The translations under genes and the position numbers were made by a program. The notes below the pieces were generated by a model. The model was not told the DNA's origin. It saw only the letters and a list, made by a program, of their open reading frames with translations, and did not search any database. Shown piece by piece: positions 37,801 through 50,655 of a stretch of DNA of 64,000 nucleotides (the stretch's first letter is position 1; the number at the start of each line of letters is the position of its first letter). This DNA is from Macrostomum lignano (taxonomy: Eukaryota): NCBI GenBank assembly GCA_002269645.1, contig NIVC01000436.1:186001-250000 (forward strand). Reading direction: 5' to 3'.

Positions 37801-38474
37801 ACTCCTCGACGGCGAATTTGGTCGGCCTCCACTCGAGCTCTTCGCTGAGCCTCAGTTTCCGTGGCCCTACGCTCACTTGTGCGCCGCCGAGCTGCAGTTA
37901 GGCGCTCTTCTCGCTGAGCGTCGGTCTCCACGGCACTCCGCTTAGCCTTTTGCTGTCGGAGTCCAGCCAGGCGCTCTTCGCGCTGAGCGTCGGTCTCCCT
38001 GGCCCTTCGCTCAGTCTCCTGCTGCCGGTGTGCAGCCAGGCGCTCTTCGCGCTGAGCGTCGGTCTCCCTGGCCCTTCGCTCAGTCTCCTGCTGCCGGTGT
38101 GCAGCCAGGCGCTCTTCGCGCTGAGCGTCGGTCTCCCTGGCCCTTCGCTCAATCTCCTGCTGCCGGTGTGCAGCCAGGCGCTCTTCGCGCTGAGCGTCGG
38201 TCTCCCTGGCCCTTCGCTCAGTCTCCTGCTGCCGGTGTGCAGCCAGGCGCTCTTCGCGCTGAGCGTCGGTCTCCCTGGCCCTTCGCTCAGTCTCCTGCTG
38301 CCGGTGTGCAGCCAGGCGCTCTTCGCGCTGAGCGTCGGTCTCCCTGTCCCTTCGCTCAGTCTCCTGCTGCCGGTGTGCAGCCAGGCGCTCCTCTCGTTGA
38401 ACAGCGGTCTCTTGCTGACGTTTCTTTTTGGCATCTCTGCTCTTTTTCAAAGCGCTGGTGCCACGTCGAGCCAT
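31839..38474 (-). CDS. Helitron RepHel transposase with N-terminal repeat, OTU protease, Zn-finger, HUH Rep and PIF1 helicase. Exons (5'->3'): 38474-37789, 37409-36848, 36718-36134, 36012-35243, 35097-34755, 34666-34357, 34260-33240, 33163-32767, 32603-31839. Disrupted as sequenced.
   Basis: Rep motifs: DLFVTATCNPKW, EYQKRG|LPHVH, YVIKYLLKG, DNR|WVVPY. Helicase motifs: LDAPAGTGKTFL, WDEISM, GDFRQLLPVV, TIHKSQGQSL, HGQLYTALSRA. Zn-finger: CQECGALLW..E..FCC. Splice phases are consistent. Lesions: frameshifts at A7 (37318-24) and C5 (33313-17), and a GA donor at 33239. Confidence 0.93.
36990..37365 (-). other. OTU-like cysteine protease domain within RepHel exon 2
   Basis: VVPIPGDGNC/FFHAVCDQL ... 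LSRFFNVDLVIYQ ... ILLRHEHYESL gives the OTU D-G-N-C and H-Y catalytic motifs. Confidence 0.8.
37890..38420 (-). repeat. 69-bp coding tandem repeat (RETDAQREERLAAHRQQETERRA), ~7-8 copies, in RepHel exon 1
   Basis: Period 69 nt (e.g. 38041, 38110, 38179, 38248, 38317), in frame. Confidence 0.9.
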
Positions 38475-38934
38475 TTTAGAATTTGGATCGAAAAATATGA
38501 TAGGAATTGAATTGAAAAATAAGATAGGTAGAATTAGAATGAAAAAGTAAAGATAGTCTGAGTGAGGGGTTGTGTGATAATTGACAAAGATAAGAAAACA
38601 ATCATGACAAACTTTTTATACTCAGCGCACCACCCCCACCCCAAAAAGCTGTACACTATTCAGTGTTAATAAATTTACACTAAACGTAAATTCTCTCCAG
38701 CGCCCGCTGCTAATTAATTGGTCAAGCTGCCCTTTAAAGCCAAAATTCTCCTTACAAAACTGCTAATAAAATGGTCAAAGTCAACAAGCAGCGATGAACA
38801 AATAGATGTGCAAATACTCGTGCACATTTTACACTCATCTTTTTTACCACAAAGTTGTTAGCAATGTTGCATTGAAAACTTTCAATAAAAATCGCTTATA
38901 TATATGAAAGTCGCTCTCTGCTATGCAGTCTTGG

Positions 38935-39930
38935 TCTTGGTAATCCTTGGATTATTAAGAGCAATAATCCTTGGCTTATCGAGTGCAGTAATCATTGATT
39001 TATTAAGAGCAATAATCCTTGGCTTATCGAGTGCAGTAATCCTTGGTTTGCCAAGAGCAATAGTCCTTGGTTTATCGAGTGCAGTAATCCTTGGTTTATT
39101 AATAGCAATAATCCTTGATTAATCAAATGCATTAATCCTTGGTTCGTTAATAGCAATAGTCCTTGGTTTATCGAGTGCAGTAATCCTTGGTTTAGTAATA
39201 GCAATAATCCTTGGCTTATTGAGTGCAGTAATCCTTGGTTTATTAAGAGCAATAATCCTTGGCTTATTGAGTACAGTAATCCTTGGTTTATTAATAGCAA
39301 TAGTCCTTGGCTTATCGAGTGCAGTAATCCTTGGTTTTCCAAGTGCAGTAATCCTTGGCTTATCGAGTTCAGTAATCCTTGGTTTATTAATAGCAATAAT
39401 CTTTGGCTTATCGAGTGCAGTAATCATTGATTTATTAAGAGCAATAATCCTTGGCTTATCGAGTGCAGTAATCCTTGGTTTGCCAAGAGCAATAGTCCTT
39501 GGTTTATCGAGTGCAGTGATCCTTGGTTTATTAAGAGCAGTAATCCTTGGCTTCTTGAGTGCAGTAATCCTTGGTTTATTAATAGCAATAATCCTTGGCT
39601 TATCGAGTGCAGTAATCCTTGGTTTGCCAAGAGCAATAGTCCTTGGTTTATCGAGTGCAGTAATCCTTGGTTTATTAAGAGCAGTAATCCTTGGCTTCTT
39701 GAGTGCAGTAATCCTTGGTTTAGTAATAGCAATAATCCTTGGCTTATCGAGTGCAGTAATTCTTGGTTTGCCAAGTGCAGTAATCCTTGGTTTATTAATA
39801 GCAATAATCCATGGCTTATCGAGTGCAGTAATCCTTGGTTTATTAATAGCAATAATCCTTGGCTTATCGAGTGCAGTAATCCTTAGTTTATTAAGAGCAA
39901 TAATCCTTGGCTTATGGAGTGCAGTAATCT
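38935..39930. repeat. 24-bp minisatellite with two alternating monomer types (GTAATCCTTGGTTTATTAAGAGCA / ATAATCCTTGGCTTATCGAGTGCA) inside Helitron A
   Basis: Direct periodicity. The LGLSSAVI ORFs are artefacts. Confidence 0.95.
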
Positions 39931-39988
39931 AAGTGTTTTTATTTAGCTTTTAATAAAAAATTTTACACTACTACTTTTAAACTACTTA

Positions 39989-40046
39989 GATTCGAACCCA
40001 GGTTGCTGCATTAGCAGTCTGGTCTGTTCAGCTCTAGGCTAGCTCT
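39989..40046 (-). other. tRNA-like / Pol III promoter-like segment in the Helitron A 5' arm (second copy at 50718-50775)
   Basis: Minus strand reads TAGCCTAGAGCTG (A-box-like) ... CCTGGGTTCGAATC (B-box). No complete cloverleaf was recognised. Confidence 0.45.
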
Positions 40047-40791
40047 CATCGAAGTTATCACTGAATTTGTACCACTTATATAATTCAACACTCACACAAA
40101 GTCAGGTAGAGTAAAAAGTCACGAAGCAGTTATGACATAATCAATTTCTTAGGCAAGTCAGTACCAGTCTCTATAAAAGTTAACAATATGGTTACGCAAT
40201 ATAAATTGAGTACTGTGCTATGCTTTCACACTCAACGCTGTGACGCAATTCAATTGAGTGTCTTGTGTATTGTGATGCAATCTATTTCAGAATCAGAATT
40301 CAACCAGTCAGTTTTTCTGCTAGCATTCTTACAATGCATTTCAAGTCGAAAGAGCTGCTTGACCTTTGCAAAAAAGCATGTTTTTCGAATATTTAATCCC
40401 TTTAGCATCAAGCAATTTCTTAGCCACGATGCATGTACTGTCACGGGAAAATTTCTGATCGAACAGTGCAAGTTCGAAGAAAATCGGTTGAGCCGTTTTT
40501 GCTAAAATCGATCACACACACACACATACACACACACACATACCGACAGACCATTTTTAGTATATGGAACTAGCAATCTACGCCCCCCGTTGGGGAGCCA
40601 AAGAAATGCTATACACGTTTTTTTAATAAGCTACATGTATCCTTGAAATCTTAAAAAATCTCCTGTCAAACCTTGTAAGCCTTGACATGTCAGTAATTCC
40701 CCCCCCCCAGCTTTAACATATCAACTTTTCCCCTTGACATCTCAGCAATGCCCCCAATAAGCCTTGGAAATCTAAAAATATCTGTCAACCT

Positions 40792-40830
40792 TCTAACCCT
40801 AACCCTAACCCTAACCCTAACCTAACCCTA
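40792..40830. repeat. Short interstitial (TAACCC)n telomere-type repeat; second shorter copy at ~42178-42198
   Basis: CTAACCCTAACCCTAACCCTAACCCTAACCTAACCCTAA. Confidence 0.8.
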
Positions 40831-43049
40831 AAGCATTGAAATTTCAGTAATTCTCTCTAAGAGTCATTATAGCACTACTACAGCATTATAGCGATAAGCT
40901 TCTTTTATTTTTTACATAACGCTTTTTTTATCAGCGATCCCTCGCCTGAGGAGGCATCAAATAATGTAATAAAAAGTTTTCAATAAACTACATGTAGCTT
41001 CTGACTTTAGCCTTGAAATCTCATTTATACCCCGTGAGCCTTGACATCTCAGCTATTCCCCCCCGTCCGTAAGCCTTGACATGTCAGCGATGGCCCCCAT
41101 AAACCTTGAAATCTAAAAAATCCACTGTTAACCTTGAAACCCGATAAAATATAACCCTCAACCCACACCTGACCTAAACCTAACTTTAACCCAACCTAAA
41201 GCCTTGAAATCTCAGCAATTCTTCTCCCTAAGCCTTGACATTTTAGTGATTCCTTCTTTAAGAATCACAGCACTATAACGATTTCCACCAAGCTTTGACA
41301 TCGTAGCAATTCCCAAATGAATCTTTTAACTTCGACATGACTTGTCTTTTATGTATACATAGTGCTACTTTTCTTTTTTACATGACTCTTCTTCTATCAG
41401 CACCCCCCCATGGCGAGCCAACAAAGAATGTAATAAAAAATTGAGTAAAGTACATGAACTTTGAAGTAGCTTCTGACTTTTGCTTTGAGATCCCAGAAAC
41501 AACCCCCCCCCCTCGTAATCTCAGTTATTCTCTGAGAGCCTTTACGTCTCAGTTTTTCTTCCCAGCACAGCATTATAGCTGCATTTCATTTTTACATGAC
41601 ATCCTTCATGTCTGACATGACGCTTCTTTTGATTTTTACATTACACTTCTTTTATTCTTCCATGATGCTTCTTAATTTTTTAAATGAGGCTTCTATGATT
41701 TTTTCATGACGCTTCTATCATTGTTTACATGACGCTTCTATGCTTTTTACATGACGCTTCTATGCTTTTTACATGACGCTTCTATGATTATTTCATGACG
41801 CTTCGATGATTGTTTACATGACGCTTCTATGATTGTTTACATGATGCTTCTACGATTTCTGCAGGATGCTTCTATGATTTTTACATGATGCTTCTATGAT
41901 TTTTTCATGACGCTCCTATGATTTTTTCATGACGCTTCTATGATTGTTTACATGACGCTTCTATGCTTTTTACATGACGCTTCTATGCTTTTTACATGAC
42001 GCTTCTATGCTTTTTACATGAGTTTTTTTAATAAACTACATGTAAGCGTCTCTTTGCATTATACCTTGTAAGCCTTGACATGTCAGAAAATCCCCCCACA
42101 AGCCTTAGCATATCAACCCCCTTGACATCTTAGCAATGCCCCATAAGCCTTGCAATCTTAAAAAATCTGTCAACCTTCTAACCCTAACCCTAACCCTAAA
42201 GCATTGACATTTCAGTAATTCTCTCCAACAGTCATTATAGCACTACAGCATTATAGCGATTCCCTGCAAGCCTCGACATCGTAGGGATTCCCAAATGAAT
42301 CTCTTAACTTCGACATGAAGCTTCTTTTATTTTTTACATTACACTTTTTCTATCAGCAATCCCTCCCGTGAGGAGCCAACAAATAATGAAAAAAAGTTTT
42401 CAATAGAATACATGTAGCTTCTGACTTTAGCCTTGACATCTCATTTATTCCCCCATGAGCCTTGACATCTCAGCTATTCCCCTGTAAGCCTTGACATGTC
42501 AGCAATGCCCCGCATAAACCTTGATATCTGAAAAATCCCCTGTTAACCTTGAAACCCGCTAAAATCTAACCCTCAACCCAAACCTGACCTAAACCTAACT
42601 TTAACCCAACCTATAAAAGCCTTGAAATCTCAGCAATTCTTCTCCCCTAAGCCTTGACAATTTAGTGATTCTTTCTTCAAGAATCACAGCACTATAGCAA
42701 TTCCCTCCAAGCCTTGACATTGTGGCAATTCCCAAATGAATCTTTTAACTTCGACATGACTCTTCTTTTATGTATACATAGTGCTTCTTTTCTTTTTACA
42801 TGACTCTTCTTCTATCAGCGCCCCCCCGTGGCGAGCCAACAAAGAATGTTATAAAAAAATTGAGTAAAGTACATGTACTTTGAAGTAGCTTCTGACTTTT
42901 GCTTTGACATCTCAGAAACCCCCCCCCCGTAATCTCAGTTATTCTCTGAGAGCCTTGACATCTTAGTAATTCTCCCCAGCACAGCACGATGGCTTCATTT
43001 AATTTTTACATGACACTTCTTTCATGTCTGACATTTTTTATTGTCACTT

Positions 43050-46000
43050 GATTTTTTATGTCAGTATGATTTTTTTACATGACGCTTTCATGATTGTTTA
43101 CATGACGCTTCTATGATTTTTTATATGACGCTTCTATGATTTTTTACATGACGCTTCTATGACTTTTTCATGACGCTTCTATGATTTTTTACATGACGCT
43201 TCTTTGATTTTTTACATGACGCTCCTATGATTTTTTCATGACGCTTCTATGATTGTTTACATGACACTTCTATGATTTTTTACATGACGCTTCTATGATA
43301 TTTTACATGACGCTTCTATTATTGTTTACATGACGCTTATATGATTTTTTATATGACGCTTATATGATTTTTTACATGGCGCTTCTATGATTTTTTAACT
43401 GACGCTTTGATGATTTTTTACATGACGCTTTCATGATTGTTTACATGACGCTTCTATGATTTTTTACATGGCGCTTCTATGATTTTTTACATGGCGCTTC
43501 TATGATTTTTTACATGACGCTTCTATGATTTTTTACATGACGCTTCTATGATTGTTTACACAACGCTTCTATGATTTTTTACATGACGCTTCTATGATTT
43601 TTTCATGACGCTTCTATGATTTTTTACATGACTTTTCTATGATTTTTTCATGACGCTTCTATGATTTTTTACATGACGCTTCTGCGATTGTTTACATGAC
43701 GCTTCTATGATTTTTTACATGACGCTTCTGCGATTGTTTACATGACGCTTCTATAATTGTTTACATGACGCTTATATGATTTTTTAAATGACGCTTCTAA
43801 GATTTTTTACATGACGCTTCTATGATTGTTTACATGACGCTTCTATGATTGTTTACATGACGCTTCTGCGATTGTTTACATGACGCTTCTATAATTGTTT
43901 ACATGACGCTTATATGATTTTTTACATGACGCTTCTATGATTTCTCAAATGACGCTTCCATTAGTTTTTATATAAGGCTTCTATGATTTTTTACATGACG
44001 CTTCTATGATTGTTTACATGACGCTTCTATGATTGTTAGATGACGCTTCTATGATTGTTTACATGATGTTTTTATGATTGTTTACTTGACGCTTCTATGA
44101 TTGTTTACATGACGCTTCTATGATTGTTTACATGACGCTTCTTTGATTGTTTATATGACGCTTATATGATTTTTTACATGCCGCTTTATGATTTTTTAAC
44201 TGACGCTTCGATGATTTTTACATGACGCTTTCATGATTGTTTACATGACGCTTCTATGATTTTTTATATGACGCTTTCATGATTGTTTACATGATGCTTC
44301 TATTATTTTTTACATGACGCTTCTATGACTTTTCATGGCGCTTCTATGATTTTTTACATGACGCTTATATGATTTTTTACATGACGCTTATATGATTGTT
44401 TACATGACGCTTCTATGATTGTTTATATGACGCTTCTATGCTTTTTTACATGACGCTTCTATGCTTTTGTACATGACGCTTATATGATTGTTTACATGAC
44501 GCTTCTATGATTGTTTACATGACGCTTCTATGATTTTTTACATGACGCTTCTTTGATTTTTTACATGACGCTTCTATGATTTTTTCATGACGCTTCTATG
44601 ATTGTTTACATGACGCTTCTATGATTTTTTACATGACGCTTCTTTGATTGTTTACATGACGCTTCTATGATTTTTTACATGACGCTTCTATGATTCTCTA
44701 CATGAGGCTTCTATGATTTTTTACATGACGCTTCTATGATTCTCTACATTACGCTTCTATGATTGTTTACACGACGCTTCTATGATTTTTTCATGACGCT
44801 TTCATGATTGTTTACATGACGCTTCTATGATTTTTTTACATGACACTTTCATGATTGTTTACATGATGCTTCTATTATTTTTTACATGACGCTTCTATGA
44901 CTTTTTCATGGCGCTTCTATGATTTTTTACATGACGCTTCTATAATTATTTACATGACGCTTCTATGCTTTTTTACATGACGCTTATATGATTGTTTACA
45001 CGACACTTCTATGATTGTTTACATGACGCTTCTATGCTTTTGTACATGACGCTTATATGATTTTTTACATGACGCTTCTTTGATTTTTTACATGACGCTT
45101 CTATGATTTTTTCATGACGCTTCTATGATTGTTTACATGACGCTTCTATGATTTTTTACATGACGCTTCTTTGATTGTTTACATGACGCTTCTATGATTT
45201 TTTACATGACGCTTCTATGACTTTTTCATGACGCTTCTATGATTTTTTACATGACGCTTCTTTGATTTTTTACATGACGCTCCTATGATTTTTTCATGAC
45301 GCTTCTATGATTGTTTACATGACACTTCTATGATTTTTTACATGACGCTTCTATGATATTTTACATGACGCTTCTATTATTGTTTACATGACGCTTATAT
45401 GATTTTTTATATGACGCTTATATGATTTTTTACATGGCGCTTCTATGATTTTTTAACTGACGCTTTGATGATTTTTTACATGACGCTTTCATGATTGTTT
45501 ACATGACGCTTCTATGATTTTTTACATGGCGCTTCTATGATTTTTTACATGGCGCTTCTATGATTTTTTACATGACGCTTCTATGATTTTTTACATGACG
45601 CTTCTATGATTGTTTACACAACGCTTCTATGATTTTTTACATGACGCTTCTATGATTTTTTCATGACGCTTCTATGATTTTTTACATGACGCTTCTATGA
45701 TTTTTTCATGACGCTTCTATGATTTTTTACATGACGCTTCTGCGATTGTTTACATGACGCTTCTATGATTTTTTACATGACGCTTCTGCGATTGTTTACA
45801 TGACGCTTCTATAATTGTTTACATGACGCTTATATGATTTTTTAAATGACGCTTCTATGATTTTTTACATGACGCTTCTATGATTGTTTACATGACGCTT
45901 CTATGATTGTTAGATGACGCTTCTATGATTGTTTACATGATGTTTTTATGATTGTTTACTTGACGCTTCTATGATTGTTTACATGACGCTTCTATGATTT

Positions 46001-49000
46001 TTTACATGACGCTTCTATGATTGTTTACACAACGCTTCTATGATTTTTTACATGACGCTTCTATGATTTTTTCATGACGCTTCTATGATTTTTTACATGA
46101 CGCTTCTATGATTTTTTCATGACGCTTCTATGATTTTTTACATGACGCTTCTGCGATTGTTTACATGACGCTTCTATGATTTTTTACATGACGCTTCTGC
46201 GATTGTTTACATGACGCTTCTATAATTGTTTACATGACGCTTATATGATTTTTTAAATGACGCTTCTATGATTTTTTACATGACGCTTCTATGATTGTTT
46301 ACATGACGCTTCTATGATTGTTAGATGACGCTTCTATGATTGTTTACATGATGTTTTTATGATTGTTTACTTGACGCTTCTATGATTGTTTACATGACGC
46401 TTCTTTGATTGTTTATATGACGCTTATATGATTTTTTACATGCCGCTTTTATGATTTTTTAAATGACGCTTCTATGATTTTTTACATGACGCTTCTATGA
46501 TTGTTTACATGACGCTTCTATGATTGTTAGATGACGCTTCTATGATTGTTTACATGATGTTTTTATGATTGTTTACTTGACGCTTCTATGATTGTTTACA
46601 TGACGCTTCTTTGATTGTTTATATGACGCTTATATGATTTTTTACATGCCGCTTTTATGATTTTTTAACTGACGCTTCGATGATTTTTTACATGACGCTT
46701 TCATGATTGTTTACATGACGCTTCTATGATTTTTTTACATGACGCTTTCATGATTGTTTACATGATGCTTCTATTATTTTTTACATGACGCTTCTATGAC
46801 TTTTCATGGCGCTTCTATGATTTTTTACATGACGCTTATATGATTTTTTACATGACGCTTATATGATTGTTTACATGACGCTTCTATGATTGTTTATATG
46901 ACGCTTCTATGCTTTTTTACATGACGCTTCTATGCTTTTGTACATGACGCTTATATGATTGTTTACATGACGCTTCTATGATTGTTTACATGACGCTTCT
47001 ATGATTTTTTACATGACGCTTCTTTGATTTTTTACATGACGCTTCTATGATTTTTTCATGACGCTTCTATGATTGTTTACATGACGCTTCTATGATTTTT
47101 TACATGACGCTTCTTTGATTGTTTACATGACGCTTCTATGATTTTTTACATGACGCTTCTATGATTCTCTACATGAGGCTTCTATGATTTTTTACATGAC
47201 GCTTCTATGATTCTCTACATTACGCTTCTATGATTGTTTACACGACGCTTCTATGATTTTTTCATGACGCTTTCATGATTGTTTACATGACGCTTCTATG
47301 ATTTTTTTACATGACACTTTCATGATTGTTTACATGATGCTTCTATTATTTTTTACATGACGCTTCTATGACTTTTTCATGGCGCTTCTATGATTTTTTA
47401 CATGACGCTTCTATAATTATTTACATGACGCTTCTATGCTTTTTTACATGACGCTTATATGATTGTTTACACGACACTTCTATGATTGTTTACATGACGC
47501 TTCTATGCTTTTGTACATGACGCTTATATGATTGTTTACATGACGCTTCTATGATTTTTTACATGACGCTTCTATGATTTTTTACATGACGCTTCTTTGA
47601 TTTTTTACATGACGCTTCTATGATTTTTTCATGACGCTTCTATGATTGTTTACATGACGCTTCTATGATTTTTTACATGACGCTTCTTTGATTGTTTACA
47701 TGACGCTTCTATGATTTTTTACATGACGCTTCTATGATTCTCTACATGAGGCTTCTATGATTTTTTACATGACGCTTCTATGATTCTCTACATTACGCTT
47801 CTATGATTGTTTACACGACGCTTCTATGATTTTTTCATGACGCTTTCATGATTGTTTACATGACGCTTCTATGATTTTTTACATGACGCTTCTATGATTT
47901 TTTACATGACGCTTCTATGATTTTTTTATGACGCTTTCATGATTTTTTACATGACGCTTCTATGATTGTTTACATGACGCTTCTATGATTATTACATGAC
48001 GCTTCTATGATTGTTTACATGACGCTTCTATGATTTTTTACATGACGCTTCTATGACTTTTTCATGACGCTTCTATGATTTTTTACATGACGCTTCTTTG
48101 ATTTTTTACATGACGCTCCTATGATTTTTTCATGACGCTTCTATGATTGTTTACATGACACTTCTATGATTTTTTACATGACGCTTCTATGATATTTTAC
48201 ATGACGCTTCTATTATTGTTTACATGGCGCTTATATGATTTTTTATATGACGCTTATATGATTTTTTACATGGCGCTTCTATGATTTTTTAACTGACGCT
48301 TTGATGATTTTTTACATGACGCTTTCATGATTGTTTACATGACGCTTCTATGATTGTTTACATGGCGCTTCTATGATTTTTTACATGGCGCTTCTATGAT
48401 TTTTTACATGACGCTTCTATGATTTTTTACATGACGCTTCTATGATTGTTTACACAACGCTTCTATGATTTTTTACATGACGCTTCTATGATTTTTTCAT
48501 GACGCTTCTATGATTTTTTACATGACCCTTCTATGATTTTTTCATGACGCTTCTATGATTTTTTACATGACGCTTCTGCGATTGTTTACATGACGCTTCT
48601 ATGATTTTTTACATGACGCTTCTGCGATTGTTTACATGACGCTTCTATAATTGTTTACATGACGCTTATATGATTTTTTAAATGACGCTTCTAAGATTTT
48701 TTACATGACGCTTCTATGATTGTTTACATGACGCTTCTATGATTGTTTACATGACGCTTCTGCGATTGTTTACATGACGCTTCTATAATTGTTTACATGA
48801 CGCTTATATGATTTTTTACATGACGCTTCTATGATTTCTCAAATGACGCTTCCATTAGTTTTTATATAAGGCTTCTATGATTTTTTACATGACGCTTCTA
48901 TGATTGTTTACATGACGCTTCTATGATTGTTAGATGACGCTTCTATGATTGTTTACATGATGTTTTTATGATTGTTTACTTGACGCTTCTATGATTGTTT

Positions 49001-50655
49001 ACATGACGCTTCTATGATTGTTTACATGACGCTTCTTTGATTGTTTATATGACGCTTATATGATTTTTTACATGCCGCTTTTATGATTTTTTAACTGACG
49101 CTTCGATGATTTTTTACATGACGCTTTCATGATTGTTTACATGACGCTTCTATGATTTTTTTATATGACGCTTTCATGATTGTTTACATGATGCTTCTAT
49201 TATTTTTTACATGACGCTTCTATGACTTTTCATGGCGCTTCTATGATTTTTTACATGACGCTTATATGATTTTTTACATGACGCTTATATGATTGTTTAC
49301 ATGACGCTTCTATGATTGTTTATATGACGCTTCTATGCTTTTTTACATGACGCTTCTATGCTTTTGTACATGACGCTTATATGATTGTTTACATGACGCT
49401 TCTATGATTGTTTATATGACGCTTCTATGCTTTTTTACATGACGCTTCTATGCTTTTGTACATGACGCTTATATGATTGTTTACATGACGCTTCTATGAT
49501 TGTTTACATGACGCTTCTATGATTTTTTACATGACGCTTCTTTGATTTTTTACATGACGCTTCTATGATTTTTTCATGACGCTTCTATGATTGTTTACAT
49601 GACGCTTCTATGATTTTTTACATGACGCTTCTTTGATTGTTTACATGACGCTTCTATGATTTTTTACATGACGCTTCTATGATTCTCTACATGAGGCTTC
49701 TATGATTTTTTACATGACGCTTCTATGATTCTCTACATTACGCTTCTATGATTGTTTACACGACGCTTCTATGATTTTTTCATGACGCTTTCATGATTGT
49801 TTACATGACGCTTCTATGATTTTTTTACATGACACTTTCATGATTGTTTACATGATGCTTCTATTATTTTTTACATGACGCTTCTATGACTTTTTCATGG
49901 CGCTTCTATGATTTTTTACATGACGCTTCTATAATTATTTACATGACGCTTCTATGCTTTTTTACATGACGCTTATATGATTGTTTACACGACACTTCTA
50001 TGATTGTTTACATGACGCTTCTATGCTTTTTTACATGACGCTTCTATGCTTTTGTACATGACGCTTATATGATTGTTTACATGACGCTTCTATGATTGTT
50101 TACATGACGCTTCTATGATTTTTTACATGACGCTTCTTTGATTTTTTACATGACGCTTCTATGATTTTTTCATGACGCTTCTATGATTGTTTACATGACG
50201 CTTCTATGATTTTTTACATGACGCTTCTATGATTTTTTACATGACGCTTCTTTGATTGTTTACATGACGCTTCTATGATTTTTTACATGACGCTTCTATG
50301 ATTCTCTACATGAGGCTTCTATGATTTTTTACATGACGCTTCTATGATTCTCTACATTACGCTTCTATGATTGTTTACACGACGCTTCTATGATTTTTTC
50401 ATGACGCTTTCATGATTGTTTACATGACGCTTCTATGATTTTTTACATGACGCTTCTATGATTTTTTACATGACGCTTCTATGATTTTTTCATGACGCTT
50501 TCATGATTTTTTACATGACGCTTCTATGATTGTTTACATGACGCTTCTATGATTTTTACATGACGCTTCTATGATTGTTTACATGACGCTTTTATGATTT
50601 TTTACATGACGCTTCTATGATTTTTTACATGACACTTCTATGATTGTTTACATGA
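43050..50655. repeat. 23-bp satellite (CATGACGCTTCTATGATT(T/G)TTTA), ~330 copies; a short array of the same unit lies at ~41680-42020
   Basis: Direct periodicity, with kb-scale internal duplications. Confidence 0.98.

Larger units (their letters stand above)
29402..40568 (-). mobile_element. Helitron A (~11.2 kb), RepHel-encoding
   Basis: On the minus strand it starts TCCATATACTAAAAATG (40568), followed by a short TG microsatellite and AACGGCTCAACCGATTTT. It ends with hairpin GCCGCCCCGAAGGGGGGC, 10 nt, CTAG|T at 29402. It contains a full Rep/PIF1 gene. Confidence 0.8.

Noticed and set aside
38900-38910. Alternative Helitron A 5' end (TCATATATATAAG, minus strand)
   Set aside because: Not preceded by A and not shared with element B. 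The 40568 terminus is supported by two further copies.
40792-40830. True telomere or chromosome fusion site
   Set aside because: Only ~6 units, single orientation, embedded in a duplicated Helitron subterminal module.
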